DNA of 64,000 bases from an uncultured Pseudobdellovibrionaceae bacterium (GCA_963803705.1 CAWDNU010000004.1:768001-832000), one strand, 5' to 3'; positions 9,543-20,177 are shown, counted from the first letter of the stretch. Numbers and translations: made by a program. Notes: generated by a model not told the origin, from the letters alone.

Positions 9543-11316
9543 TACTATACAAAAGAGCACACCCTACAGCGATTTAAAAGACTATGTGTCGTTCATGTAT
9601 AAATACGCAAGATCTTACAATCTTACGCTAGTAATTCTAGTTGCACTTATCGTTATCTTTATAATTTCGGGTCGATTGATTCCGCTTATATTCGGTTGGG
9701 CTGTTGACTACGGCATAAAAGATAAAAATATTAATTTTATCTACAGGTGTGGCTTTGCTTTGATCGCCTGTAATTCAATCAGGGCTGTTGTATCTTATCT
9801 GATTTCTTTTAAATTTAGATTTATGGGTCAAGAAATTTTGTATCGAGTGCGCCGTGATTTACTTGAACATATCCAAAAGATTAAAATAAGTTTTTTTGAT
9901 AAAAATGCTTCTGGGAAAATTGTTACCCGTATTTCCAATGACACCAAAAGTCTAGGTGATCTTTTTGCCGATGGGCTATCGGGAGCCTTCATTAACATAG
10001 TCGAGATCTTCTCTATTTTAGCAGCTTTGTTTTTAATCTCGTGGCATATGGCTTTATGTGTTGTTTTAATTTTGCCTCCAGTCTTGTGGTTTGGAAAAGT
10101 TCTTAGTGATAAAATTCGAGAGCAATTTATTTTAATTAAGTCCAAGCTATCTGCTATTAATGCTTTTAGTGCCGAAAACTTAAACGGCATCGAAGTATTA
10201 CAGCTTTACGGCGGTGAAACCCAAGTTGCAGGTAATTTCGATAAGAACGTTGATGAGTACAAGAATTTGCAGTTAAATTCTGTAGCATACTTTGCTTTAT
10301 TATGGCCTATAATCGAATTTTTTCAGGTTTTTTCAATTCTAATAAGTTTAATAGTTGGTTTTTATTTGTTAAACGATAATTTAGTAACAATTGGCCAGAT
10401 TGGCGCTTTTGTACTATTGCTACAAAGCTTTTTTAGACCGCTTAGGTTTATTTTAGAAAAATATAATCAAATTCAAAACGGGGTTACTAGCTCTCAAAGA
10501 ATCATAAAGCTTTTCAATGAAAACACAGAATTCTACAGTTCTAATTCAAATTCAGTAAGCAGTGATTTGGCCGTTCAAGCTTTAGACTTCGGTAAAGATT
10601 TTGAAGATCCAGTGATCAAAGTTAGCAATTTGAATTTTTCATATGACGGCAAAAATAAAGTTATAAAAGATCTTAATTTTGAAATCACGTCAGGATCAAA
10701 AACAGCAATCGTCGGTCGCACAGGCAGTGGTAAAACCACTTTAGTATCCTTGCTTCAAGGATTTTATCCTTCACCGACTGGGTCCATGAAGATTTATAAC
10801 ATGTCGATTGAAACCCTACCTATCGATTTTCTACGCAAGAAACTTTTGGTCGTAAGACAAGATGAATTTATTTTTAAAGGTACGGTTAAAAGTAATATTC
10901 TAATAAGCTCTGGGGAAAGATCCATTACAGATTATAAACTAAAAGAGATCTTGGACCAAGTGGGTTTAGAACTAACATTAGATTCAGAAGTCGATGAAAT
11001 GGGCGCTAATTTAAGTGCTGGCGAAAAGCAGCTGATTGCGCTTGCCCGCGTGATGGTTTACGACCCAGAGATAATAATTTTAGATGAAGCCACATCTCAT
11101 ATTGACACCGTTTCTGAACAAAAAGTGCTTAAGGCCTTTGATAAAATTATGAGTGGTCGAACATCTATTGTGATTGCTCATAGGCTAACAACAGTCCTGA
11201 AAGCTGATCAAATATTAATCTTAAATGATGGTAAACTAGTCGAGACAGGTCATCCTGACGAATTACTTAGAAATCCGGAATCTGTATTTAATACCTTTTA
11301 CAACGAACTGCTTTAG
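9535..11316 (+). CDS. ABC exporter, TMD-NBD partner half-transporter (MdlB/YheH-like)
   Basis: Walker A GRTGSGKT, LSAGE signature, Walker B IIILDEATS, IAHRL; overlaps the preceding ABC gene. Confidence 0.9.
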   Translation: MNNTIQKSTPYSDLKDYVSFMYKYARSYNLTLVILVALIVIFIISGRLIPLIFGWAVDYGIKDKNINFIYRCGFALIACNSIRAVVSYLISFKFRFMGQEILYRVRRDLLEHIQKIKISFFDKNASGKIVTRISNDTKSLGDLFADGLSGAFINIVEIFSILAALFLISWHMALCVVLILPPVLWFGKVLSDKIREQFILIKSKLSAINAFSAENLNGIEVLQLYGGETQVAGNFDKNVDEYKNLQLNSVAYFALLWPIIEFFQVFSILISLIVGFYLLNDNLVTIGQIGAFVLLLQSFFRPLRFILEKYNQIQNGVTSSQRIIKLFNENTEFYSSNSNSVSSDLAVQALDFGKDFEDPVIKVSNLNFSYDGKNKVIKDLNFEITSGSKTAIVGRTGSGKTTLVSLLQGFYPSPTGSMKIYNMSIETLPIDFLRKKLLVVRQDEFIFKGTVKSNILISSGERSITDYKLKEILDQVGLELTLDSEVDEMGANLSAGEKQLIALARVMVYDPEIIILDEATSHIDTVSEQKVLKAFDKIMSGRTSIVIAHRLTTVLKADQILILNDGKLVETGHPDELLRNPESVFNTFYNELL

Positions 11317-11327
11317 TTTTTGCTAAG

Positions 11328-11454
11328 TGGGCCTGTTGAAAAAGTACTAGATTCTAGGCGTCCAAGCTTAAAATCGAATGAGTCGTAGTTTATCTACGTC
11401 GAATGAGATTTAAGCGAAGACAACAACGAAGATGATGCTTTTTCAACAGGCCCA
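11328..11454. mobile_element. 127-bp MITE/ERIC-like non-autonomous palindromic element
   Basis: 17-bp perfect terminal inverted repeats TGGGCCTGTTGAAAAAG (11328-11344) and CTTTTTCAACAGGCCCA (11438-11454); inner IR GCTTAAAATC/GATTTAAGC; central CGTAG-TTTAT-CTACG hairpin; lies between convergent genes. Confidence 0.6.
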
Positions 11455-11515
11455 GGTGTTTTCTGTCTTTGACCAACTTGAACGATAGACAGCGGAATTA
11501 TTTATGAAGTAGCGC

Positions 11516-14500
11516 TTATTCAGCCCCAAGATCCATAATAGTCCACGACTTTGTTGAGGTTAGATTTGCTCTGGAAGAACTTGCGGCAGGTTGAAATTGT
11601 GCAGGCACTGAACCCACCGAAATAGCCGTCTGGACCGAAGTGCTATCAGCCATGATCAAAAAATTAGTGTAATTCGCATTACTAATACCTGAATTGTAGA
11701 ATATATCTGTAAGGTCACCAACCAAAGCCAAGTCCCAAGTCGTAGTATCAGGGTTAGCTGAAGATGCTCCATCAAATATCTGAGGAGCATTTACTAAACT
11801 ACTTGTGTCCCAATTAGAGGTGTCTGGATTTGCGCTGGTTGCTCCCATAAACATGGCTTCCATATCGATTGCACTTGAGACATCCCAACTAGAGGTGTTT
11901 GGTGTTACTGATGTTGCATTAAAAAACATCTGGTAGAAACTAGTTACACTGGAAACATCCCAAAGACTGACTTCAGGATTAGCCAGAGTACTGCCAGAAA
12001 ACATTCCATCCATTCGAGTGACTGTTGAAAATTCGTCTCCATTGGCCTGGATAGTAGTAAGAAGCGTGCAATCTTTGAACATGTTTTGCATCTCTAACCA
12101 ACCCATATACCCTATTTGGTAAACACTCGATATGTAACAAGGATTTGGTAAAATAGCGGTGCCAAAGGCGTCTAGACTACCTGTCATTGTAACTATATAA
12201 GATCCTGCCAGAGCATAAGTATGTACGCCATCCGGGTCATTGAATGATGTAACTGTAGAAATTGGGGTGCTGTCACCCCAATCTATGGTGAAGTTATAAC
12301 TAAAACCTGCAGCCAAAGGTAATGTAACGTTGGTGTTATCTGCAGGTATTGACCAAGAAGTCACAAAAGCATTTGCGGGCGGCGGTAAATATTCAACTGT
12401 TGTTATGTTAGACGCTACATTAAAGTTTCCTGCTAAATCCTGCACTTGGTTTGAAGGCAACTGCACACTGACGTCACCCGCAGAGCTAGGGTTTATAGTC
12501 ACTGAATAAACTAGTGGCCCGCCAGACGATGTGACTATAGAGCCGTTTGTGATAGATAGGTCATTGGGGTCAAAAGACTGCACACTTTCATTTAGGGACA
12601 CAGAATAAATTATCGGGTTCGATATCGTGGGGCTTGATTCGCTGCTTGATATTGTAACCACTGGTGCCACTGTGTCCAGGTTCAAGGTGTAAACTGTTGG
12701 AGTCGAAGTGTTCATGGCTAGGTCAGTTTGAAATAAACTTAAATTTTTAGGACCATCGGTTGGACTTAAATTAACCGATTGTGAAAACGTGCTACCAGAA
12801 CTACACGTGATACTTAGTGGGCCTCCGATAATATCACCACTTAAGCTTAACGTTGCATCCGCCTCGCAGGTGCCCAAAATACTTTGGACCTCAGCATTAA
12901 TGTACGCCCCATCAATAGGCGAAGAAAACACCGGTGGTGATGGGTCCGAGGTGTCCAAGTTTATAGACCGAGTTACGTTAGTAGAAATATTTCCTGCTGA
13001 ATCTGTCTGATTGACTGAATATGATTTCAATTCATTTAAAGCGGTCAAATTTACGCTTACAGAGTAAGACGATGATGCGCAAATCACAGAATACGGAGAT
13101 CCAGTCATCGCACTACTAATAACGTTTACGGTGTCACCTGTTTCGCAACTGCCACTTAGGGTCTGCGATATTTGATTGGTAATAAGTCCATCTGCTGGCG
13201 ATAAGACCGTGGGTGCAGCAGAAGGTGTCTGATCTAAATTTATAGTGATTGTTGACGCGAGTGAAGTATTGCCAACACCGTCAGTTTGCATGGCCGTCAC
13301 AGATTTAAGACCACTTCCAACCGAAAGATCGATATCAATCATGTAATTACTAGCTAAACAAGAAGCTAACACAGGGCTTGGATTGATATCGCCCGTTATA
13401 TTTATCGATGATCCGTTCTCACAATTACCAATAATCGACTGAGTTATCTGATTCGAAGATACTCCTGTCATAGGGGATGTGATTGTAGGCGAGGGCGGCC
13501 GAGTGGTGTCCAAAAATATGGTTATGGCTACAGCAGCTGAAGTGTTATTCGCAGGATCTGTTTGTGTCACGCTTACGAGTTTAGATCCGTCAGGCGCAGA
13601 TAAGTTTACAGTTTGTGAATAACTGCCACCAGAGCAACTTATTGAGAAAGGAGATCCTGTAAAATCACCAGAGCCCTGTACCGTATCACCAGTTGCACAA
13701 ATCCCAGATATAGTTTGCGCAGGATTACTAGTAGCTAAGTTGTCAGTTGGTGAAGCAATCGATGGAGCTGCGGAAGCAACTTGATCTAGGGTTAGATTTA
13801 TGTTGGTAGTAGCGGAAATGTTGCCAGCCATATCTGTTTGGCGAGCTGTAACAACTTTTGAACTGTCACCAGGGGTCAGCACAACAGCTTGAGAGTACGT
13901 CCCGCCGGCGCAAATTAAGCTTACCCCTGAACTAACAATATTACCTGCTATAAACACTGTACTACCGGTTTCACATACACCCGAAGCAGTTTGATTTCTA
14001 GTGTTTGTAAAGGTTCCGTTTAGGGGACTTGTAATCGTTGGTGCCGAAGGCGCTGTTAGATCTAAGTTTACAGTTCGCGTAGTTGAAGCAGATACGTTTC
14101 CTGCCAAGTCTGTTTGAATAGCGTTTACTGTTTTCAATCCTTCGCCTGCAGTTAAAGATACATTTACAATAAGAACTGAACCATTACATGAAAACCGCAC
14201 GGGTGAACCAGTTAAGTCACCGGTCAAACTAATTTTAGCCAGATCTTCACACGTTCCGTTAAGAGTTAGAGTGATCGAATTTACAAATTCACCCTCACTT
14301 GGACTAGCAATTCCCACAGCAGCTGGGGCCGCGGTATCAAGTGTAACACTAACTGCAGAAATGGCCGAAACGTTACCGGCCAAATCCGATTGAGACAAAC
14401 TTAAATTCTTCACACCGTCTCCAGCGACGTAACTGATGGCTTGCGAAAAGGTGCTACTAACGCAAGATGTAGTTACGGGCGCACCCACAAGATTTCCGTT

Positions 14501-17500
14501 AATTGAAACCGTGGTTCCACTTTCACATTCACCAGAAACCGTTTCAGTGTTTTGATTGGTAAAAGAGTTATTTAGTGGACTAAATATAACAGGTGCTGCA
14601 GGTACTGTTGTGTCCAAAACTATCGTAATCGTTGCTTGGGCGGATTGGTTTCCAGAGGGATCTGTTTGCAATAGTGTCAAAGTTTTAGTTCCATCACTTG
14701 AGCTAAAATTTACAGGAACATCGAAATTGCCACCGGAATCGCATGTACTTATAACTGGGCCTGCCATTATACTGCCAGCAAATGTCAATTGCGAATTAGC
14801 CTCGCAAGTTCCGACTATATTAGGGGTTTCACTGTTGATTGCAGACCCACTTATAGGTGAACTTATCACTGCAGCCGCTGGCGCAGTTTGATCTAAATTA
14901 ATAGTTAGTGTTGAAGCCACTGAAACATTGCCCGCTAGATCAGTTTGAGTGAGATTTAAATTTTTAACTCCGTCACCAGATGTTAATGTAACCGCCAAAG
15001 CATAAGATCCGGATGCACAACTAACTGCCAAGGGACTACCTAAAATATCCCCCATCACGTTCACCGTTAAGTTTGTTTCACACGCTCCGTTTAAAGTTTG
15101 TGATGTCTGGTTAGTGCTTAGACCATCTGGTGGCGATAGTATTGTAGGGCCAGCAGGCGCAGCTTGATCTAAATTTATAATCAACGAAGTGATCAAAGAG
15201 ATATTCGAAGCCAAATCTGTTTGGGTCACATTGATAGTTTTAGCTCCGTCACCAGGTTTTAATGTAGATAATAACGAATAAGAATTAGCCGCACAAAGCG
15301 AACTTACGGGCCCTCCTACAAGATCACCTGAAAGGCTTACGGTAGCGCCGGTTTCGCATTCTCCTGAAAAAATTTGAGAAGTATCATTTGTATTTAATCC
15401 ATCTACTGGCGTGATTACCGTGGGTCTAAGAGGTGAAGTCTGATCAAAGTTAATGTCAATAGCAGTTGCTGCAGATGCATTACCTGATTGGTCTGTTTGG
15501 ATCACGCTTAAGTTTTTAACCCCATCTCCAGACGTCAAAGTAAGAGTTTGAGAATAAGCACTTGAAACACAGACTAAATTTAATGGGCTTCCAGTGAAGT
15601 TTCCAGACACGGTCACATTCGCATCAGTTTCACAAGCACCGATCATTGTTTGTGAAGGATCATTAGTATTTAAATCGTCGACTGGTGAAGTTATAGTAGG
15701 CGCTGAAGGCAAGGTTTGATCAAGGTTAACCGCTACTGAAGTAGCTAAAGATATATTTGAAGCAAGATCAGTTTGAGTTGCGCTAATGTTTTTGATTCCG
15801 TCCCCTGACGATAGTGTAACTGACTGAGAGTAAGCATTAGCTGAACAAACTATGTTTACCGGACTTCCTAGAATATTTCCTGAAATATTTACGGTTAAAT
15901 TAGTTTCACAGGCACCAGAAATAGTCTGCGATAAAAATTTTGTGTTTAATCCATCGGTTGGGTTAAAAATTGTGGGAGCTAAAGGCGCAGACTGATCCAA
16001 ATTTACAATTATCGCGCTTGCTGCAGATATATTCGAAGCCAAATCTGTTTGAGTAACACTTAAGTTTTTAACACCATCACTTAAAGTAAGCGTCACCGTC
16101 TGGGAATAGGCGCTCGCAGCACAAACCAAATCAACTGAGCTTCCTAAGATATCTCCGGAAATTGTAAGGGTCGAATTGGTTTCGCAATTTCCTGAAACAG
16201 TTTGTGTTTCGTTACTTGTATTTAATCCGTTAGTTGGTGAAGCTATTGATGGCGCAAAGGGTGCTGTTTGGTCTAAATTTACAGAGATTGCAATTGCAGG
16301 CGAATTATTTGTAGCTGCATCTATCTGAGTTACATTAATGTTTTTTGCTCCGTCCCCAAAATTCAACGTTACATCTGTAGAATAAGTGCTCGAAGCACAA
16401 AGTGTATTTACCGGACTACCTACAATGTCACCTAAAATATTTAGAGTGGCGCCTGTTTCACAGACCCCAGTTACTGTTTGAATCAAGGTGTTTGTATTTA
16501 GCCCATCTGCAGGCGAAGATATGGTCGGAGCAGAAGGCACGGACTGATCTAAATTTACATTTACTTGAGTCACTGGTGATACGTTTAAAGCTAAATCCGT
16601 TTGAATTACGCTGATACTTTTTGCTCCGTCACTTCCCTGTAGTGTAACTGCTTGAGAGTAAGAATTAGCTACACATAAAAAGCTAATTGGACCACCTACA
16701 ATATCACCAGAAATACTTAATGTGGAATCCGTCTCGCACGCACCTGAAATTACTTGGGACGAAGTGTTTATGTATGCACCATCAATTGGTGAATTTACAG
16801 TTGGAGCTAGAGGAATCCCTTGATCTAAGTTTAGAGTGACGGTAGTCGCACTTGATATGTTAAGAGCCAAATCAGTCTGTGTTAAGTTTATAGTTTTTAG
16901 TCCATCACCAGAAGCCAAATTTACAATCTGTGAGTAAGAGCTTCCTGCACAAGTTAGTTCTAAGGGACTACTTAGAATATCTCCAGAGATACTGACCGTA
17001 GCACTTGTTTCACATACTCCAGTGAAAGTTTGAGACGCTTCACTTGTATTTAATCCACTTGTCGGAGCACTCACCGACGGAGCGATAGGTGTTGTTTGAT
17101 CAAGATTTAAACTTAGAGCTGCTGCGGGCGAAATATTTGCAGCCAAATCTATCTGAGTGACACTAATATTTTTTACCCCATCACCAGTCACTAATGTTAC
17201 AGAACCTGCGTACGAACTAGAAGTACATGTGACACTAATAGGACCACCTACGATGTTCCCAGAAATACTAACTGTAGCATCTGTTTCACATGCGCCATTA
17301 AAAGTATGATTTAAAGAATTAGTAGTTGAACCATTAGTTGGCGAAACTATCGTAGGAGCGATCGGTATATTTTGGTCTAAGATAACATCAATTGTAGTGG
17401 CTAATGAGGTATTTCCAGCGGCATCTACTTGCAAAATAGACAAATTTTTTGTCCCATCCCCTGCTATTAAACTTATGGGTTCCGAGTAACCACTGCCAAC

Positions 17501-19135
17501 ACAGACAAAGCTGAGTGCGCCTCCAGTAAAGTCACCGGTCAAAGTGACGTTTGCGCCAGTTTCACAAGCCCCTGTGACAGACTGGGTATTTGTGTTCAGC
17601 ACTGCCAAGTTTGGTGGCGCAGTGATCGTAGGCCGAAGCGGTGCAGTCTGATCAAGGTTTATAACTATTGAAGTGGCAGCCGAAGTGTTGGCTGATAAAT
17701 CAGTTTGAGTAACACTAACTGTCTTGGTGCCTGCACCAGAGACTAGAGTGACCGACCTAGAATAAAAGTTTGCTGCACAAATCACACTCACCGGACTACC
17801 CACAATGTTACCTGCAATGTCTACGGTGGCATTATTTTCACAAGCACCAGAAATTGTCTGCGACAAATTGTTGGTGTTCAAATTATTAACTGGGGCAGTG
17901 ATCGTTGGAGCCAAAGGAAGTGTTTGATCTAAGTTGAAAGAGACAGAGCTTATAGGCGAAAAATTTGAAGCTGGATCTGTTTGGGTAGCATTTAAACTTT
18001 TTATTCCATCTCCAGATATTATCATAGTGGCTACGGCGAAAGAACTTGCCGAACAAACCGCAGTAACGGAACCACCAATGATGTCCCCGGTAATACTTAT
18101 CACTGCATTGGTTTCACAGGCACCAGATACAATTTGATTTGTTTGATTTATATTTTGACCTTCACTTGGGGATATAAAAGACGGAGCTAAAGGAATTGTC
18201 TGGTCCAAAATAATATTAACTGAAGTAGTAACTGAAATATTACCTGCTAGATCTACTTGGCTTATGTTTAAACTTTTAGTACCGTCAGAAGAGGTTAAAT
18301 TTATATCTTGTGAATAAGAACCAGCCATGCACGTGAAAATTGTTGGAGATTCTAAAAAGCCACCATTAAGAGTAACCGTGGCTTCAGTTTCACAAAAACC
18401 ACTTACTGTCTGCGCTACTTGATTAAAGCTTGCACCGTTTATCGGAGCTGTAATGACCGGAGCGGGTGGAGCCGTATCGTCATAGTTTACACTGACAAAG
18501 GTTGATGGCGAAATGTTGCCAGATAAATCAGTTTGACTTGCAGCTATAACTTTTGCACCTATCCCAGCACTCAAATTCAAATTAAGCGAAAATGAGTTAC
18601 CGATACAGTCAGAGTTTATTATACCTCCAGTGATACCACCGGAAAAATTTAAAACTGTGCCAGACTCGCAACTTCCATCTACTATTATATTCCGACTACG
18701 AGTTGAAAAATTGTTTGTGGGATTAATAATCACAGGAGCAAGCGGAGTAGAGGTGTCAACTAGAACACTCGTAATTGCACTGGTTGAGATGTCATTCTGA
18801 AAAGCGCTTAGTTGTACAGCGCCATCCGCTAAGCCAATAGAACTTAAATTCATGATCTGTGAAAACATACCGTTTATACAAGTTAATGACTGGGTAAGGA
18901 TTGAAGGCAAGCCAACTTCAAGAGTTACATCACCACCCCCAGGCATACAGGTGCCGTATAAGGTGTAGGAAGAAATGTTGACTGAGTTTATATTAGATAT
19001 ATGACTCCAACCGATAACATTGGTCTCAACAGTAGAACTTCCGGAACTTACAATTCCTCCGCATGAGCTTAAAATTAATAATCCAAAAATTACTCTCAAA
19101 TAGATGAAGAGTAATTTTATATTACTAATAAACAT
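11516..19135 (-). CDS. Giant surface lipoprotein/adhesin: about 22 tandem ~92-aa Ig-like repeats, an Ig/PKD-like module and C-terminal DUF285/BspA-type repeats
   Basis: Lipobox-like LLILSSC; repeats LDQTxPxAPxIxSP...GxCE...C...GDGxKxxxxxQTDxAxN; FTIDWGD PKD-like motif; WDVSSVTSFYQMF-type DUF285 repeats. Confidence 0.85.
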   Translation of the reverse strand: MFISNIKLLFIYLRVIFGLLILSSCGGIVSSGSSTVETNVIGWSHISNINSVNISSYTLYGTCMPGGGDVTLEVGLPSILTQSLTCINGMFSQIMNLSSIGLADGAVQLSAFQNDISTSAITSVLVDTSTPLAPVIINPTNNFSTRSRNIIVDGSCESGTVLNFSGGITGGIINSDCIGNSFSLNLNLSAGIGAKVIAASQTDLSGNISPSTFVSVNYDDTAPPAPVITAPINGASFNQVAQTVSGFCETEATVTLNGGFLESPTIFTCMAGSYSQDINLTSSDGTKSLNISQVDLAGNISVTTSVNIILDQTIPLAPSFISPSEGQNINQTNQIVSGACETNAVISITGDIIGGSVTAVCSASSFAVATMIISGDGIKSLNATQTDPASNFSPISSVSFNLDQTLPLAPTITAPVNNLNTNNLSQTISGACENNATVDIAGNIVGSPVSVICAANFYSRSVTLVSGAGTKTVSVTQTDLSANTSAATSIVINLDQTAPLRPTITAPPNLAVLNTNTQSVTGACETGANVTLTGDFTGGALSFVCVGSGYSEPISLIAGDGTKNLSILQVDAAGNTSLATTIDVILDQNIPIAPTIVSPTNGSTTNSLNHTFNGACETDATVSISGNIVGGPISVTCTSSSYAGSVTLVTGDGVKNISVTQIDLAANISPAAALSLNLDQTTPIAPSVSAPTSGLNTSEASQTFTGVCETSATVSISGDILSSPLELTCAGSSYSQIVNLASGDGLKTINLTQTDLALNISSATTVTLNLDQGIPLAPTVNSPIDGAYINTSSQVISGACETDSTLSISGDIVGGPISFLCVANSYSQAVTLQGSDGAKSISVIQTDLALNVSPVTQVNVNLDQSVPSAPTISSPADGLNTNTLIQTVTGVCETGATLNILGDIVGSPVNTLCASSTYSTDVTLNFGDGAKNINVTQIDAATNNSPAIAISVNLDQTAPFAPSIASPTNGLNTSNETQTVSGNCETNSTLTISGDILGSSVDLVCAASAYSQTVTLTLSDGVKNLSVTQTDLASNISAASAIIVNLDQSAPLAPTIFNPTDGLNTKFLSQTISGACETNLTVNISGNILGSPVNIVCSANAYSQSVTLSSGDGIKNISATQTDLASNISLATSVAVNLDQTLPSAPTITSPVDDLNTNDPSQTMIGACETDANVTVSGNFTGSPLNLVCVSSAYSQTLTLTSGDGVKNLSVIQTDQSGNASAATAIDINFDQTSPLRPTVITPVDGLNTNDTSQIFSGECETGATVSLSGDLVGGPVSSLCAANSYSLLSTLKPGDGAKTINVTQTDLASNISLITSLIINLDQAAPAGPTILSPPDGLSTNQTSQTLNGACETNLTVNVMGDILGSPLAVSCASGSYALAVTLTSGDGVKNLNLTQTDLAGNVSVASTLTINLDQTAPAAAVISSPISGSAINSETPNIVGTCEANSQLTFAGSIMAGPVISTCDSGGNFDVPVNFSSSDGTKTLTLLQTDPSGNQSAQATITIVLDTTVPAAPVIFSPLNNSFTNQNTETVSGECESGTTVSINGNLVGAPVTTSCVSSTFSQAISYVAGDGVKNLSLSQSDLAGNVSAISAVSVTLDTAAPAAVGIASPSEGEFVNSITLTLNGTCEDLAKISLTGDLTGSPVRFSCNGSVLIVNVSLTAGEGLKTVNAIQTDLAGNVSASTTRTVNLDLTAPSAPTITSPLNGTFTNTRNQTASGVCETGSTVFIAGNIVSSGVSLICAGGTYSQAVVLTPGDSSKVVTARQTDMAGNISATTNINLTLDQVASAAPSIASPTDNLATSNPAQTISGICATGDTVQGSGDFTGSPFSISCSGGSYSQTVNLSAPDGSKLVSVTQTDPANNTSAAVAITIFLDTTRPPSPTITSPMTGVSSNQITQSIIGNCENGSSINITGDINPSPVLASCLASNYMIDIDLSVGSGLKSVTAMQTDGVGNTSLASTITINLDQTPSAAPTVLSPADGLITNQISQTLSGSCETGDTVNVISSAMTGSPYSVICASSSYSVSVNLTALNELKSYSVNQTDSAGNISTNVTRSINLDTSDPSPPVFSSPIDGAYINAEVQSILGTCEADATLSLSGDIIGGPLSITCSSGSTFSQSVNLSPTDGPKNLSLFQTDLAMNTSTPTVYTLNLDTVAPVVTISSSESSPTISNPIIYSVSLNESVQSFDPNDLSITNGSIVTSSGGPLVYSVTINPSSAGDVSVQLPSNQVQDLAGNFNVASNITTVEYLPPPANAFVTSWSIPADNTNVTLPLAAGFSYNFTIDWGDSTPISTVTSFNDPDGVHTYALAGSYIVTMTGSLDAFGTAILPNPCYISSVYQIGYMGWLEMQNMFKDCTLLTTIQANGDEFSTVTRMDGMFSGSTLANPEVSLWDVSSVTSFYQMFFNATSVTPNTSSWDVSSAIDMEAMFMGATSANPDTSNWDTSSLVNAPQIFDGASSANPDTTTWDLALVGDLTDIFYNSGISNANYTNFLIMADSTSVQTAISVGSVPAQFQPAASSSRANLTSTKSWTIMDLGAE

Positions 19136-19322
19136 TCAAGTGCCCCAATTACGTTCAATCATGTCTTTTAAAGACAAAGTATCCTTAACTGATCGGCTTT
19201 TTGGCGGTTTTCTAGTAACAAAAAATTGGCTTTTTGTGTCATTCTGAAACAATAAATTAAATTTTATTTGATTTTATATTTGACATCACAGACGAACGCG
19301 CGCTTGACGTCAAATTAAATCA

Positions 19323-19539
19323 AAATGTGCTTTCTAAAGTGAGAAAAAAATAACTTCTATTCCTTAATGTAAATCTTCATTTGATTCAATGTACCTTCAA
19401 AAACGAGTTCGGATTGAGGTCTTTGGCATAAGCCAAAAGAGCTCAAACGTATGTCCGAGCTTTTTGAAGGTACATTGAATCAAATGAAGATTTACATTAA
19501 GGAATAGAAGTTATTTTTTTCTCATTTTAGAAAACATTT
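19323..19539. repeat. Long palindromic element A
   Basis: 64-bp perfect inverted arms 19340-19403 and 19461-19524 (73 bp with one mismatch) around a 57-nt structured core. Confidence 0.95.
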
Positions 19540-20155
19540 CGTAATTCACTTCAGAAATTTTCTTTTGTTTAGCCCAGTTCGATGCCTCGTCTTTATAAAG
19601 CTTTGTTTTATCCAACCAAACTCCACGTTCGTTAGTTGTGTTCTTAGATTTTGCCTCGACCATTTCAAGAGTTGAAGCTACTTTCCTTTGGTTAACGTCC
19701 CATTCCTTAAGCTTTTGATCTACTTTGTCTAAAAAACTTTTGTAAGCCAAAATATTCTTTTTTCTCTGGTCGATATTTGTAAGTACCTTACGAGTCAAAT
19801 CTTTTAATTTCTCAATATTTTGCTGCTCGGCCCCGATAGCATCCGCTTCTGCTCGAATAAAGCCTTCATATGTCTGCTTCGCTTTTGACAACTCTTGCAA
19901 GTTTTCGTTAGCGACCTTTAAGTCTTTTTCACCTTGAAGCTTAAACTTGCTCATTTCATTCAAGACATTTGATAACTCTTTCACATTCGCCGCAGAAGTT
20001 TCTAGGTTCTCTTTGTTCTTTTCAAAATTGTAAGTTGAGTTATCAACATTTGCTTTCATAACACTCATTCTTTGCTCAATATCAACCTGAGCAAAAGTCT
20101 GTAGTGGTAAGCAACCTACTAAAAAAAATATTGTACTTTTTATTGTCGTGTTCAT
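19511..20155 (-). CDS. Secreted coiled-coil hypothetical protein, last gene of the gliding cluster
   Basis: Signal-peptide-like N-terminus and heptad-rich body; 22 bp downstream of the GltC-like gene. Confidence 0.8.
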   Translation of the reverse strand: MNTTIKSTIFFLVGCLPLQTFAQVDIEQRMSVMKANVDNSTYNFEKNKENLETSAANVKELSNVLNEMSKFKLQGEKDLKVANENLQELSKAKQTYEGFIRAEADAIGAEQQNIEKLKDLTRKVLTNIDQRKKNILAYKSFLDKVDQKLKEWDVNQRKVASTLEMVEAKSKNTTNERGVWLDKTKLYKDEASNWAKQKKISEVNYEMFSKMRKK

Positions 20156-20177
20156 ATAACTTCCCCTTACTAATTAT

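Noticed and set aside
7707..11316. Degenerate Walker B and signature motifs in the ABC pair as a novelty
   Set aside because: One degenerate ATP site is normal for heterodimeric ABC exporters.
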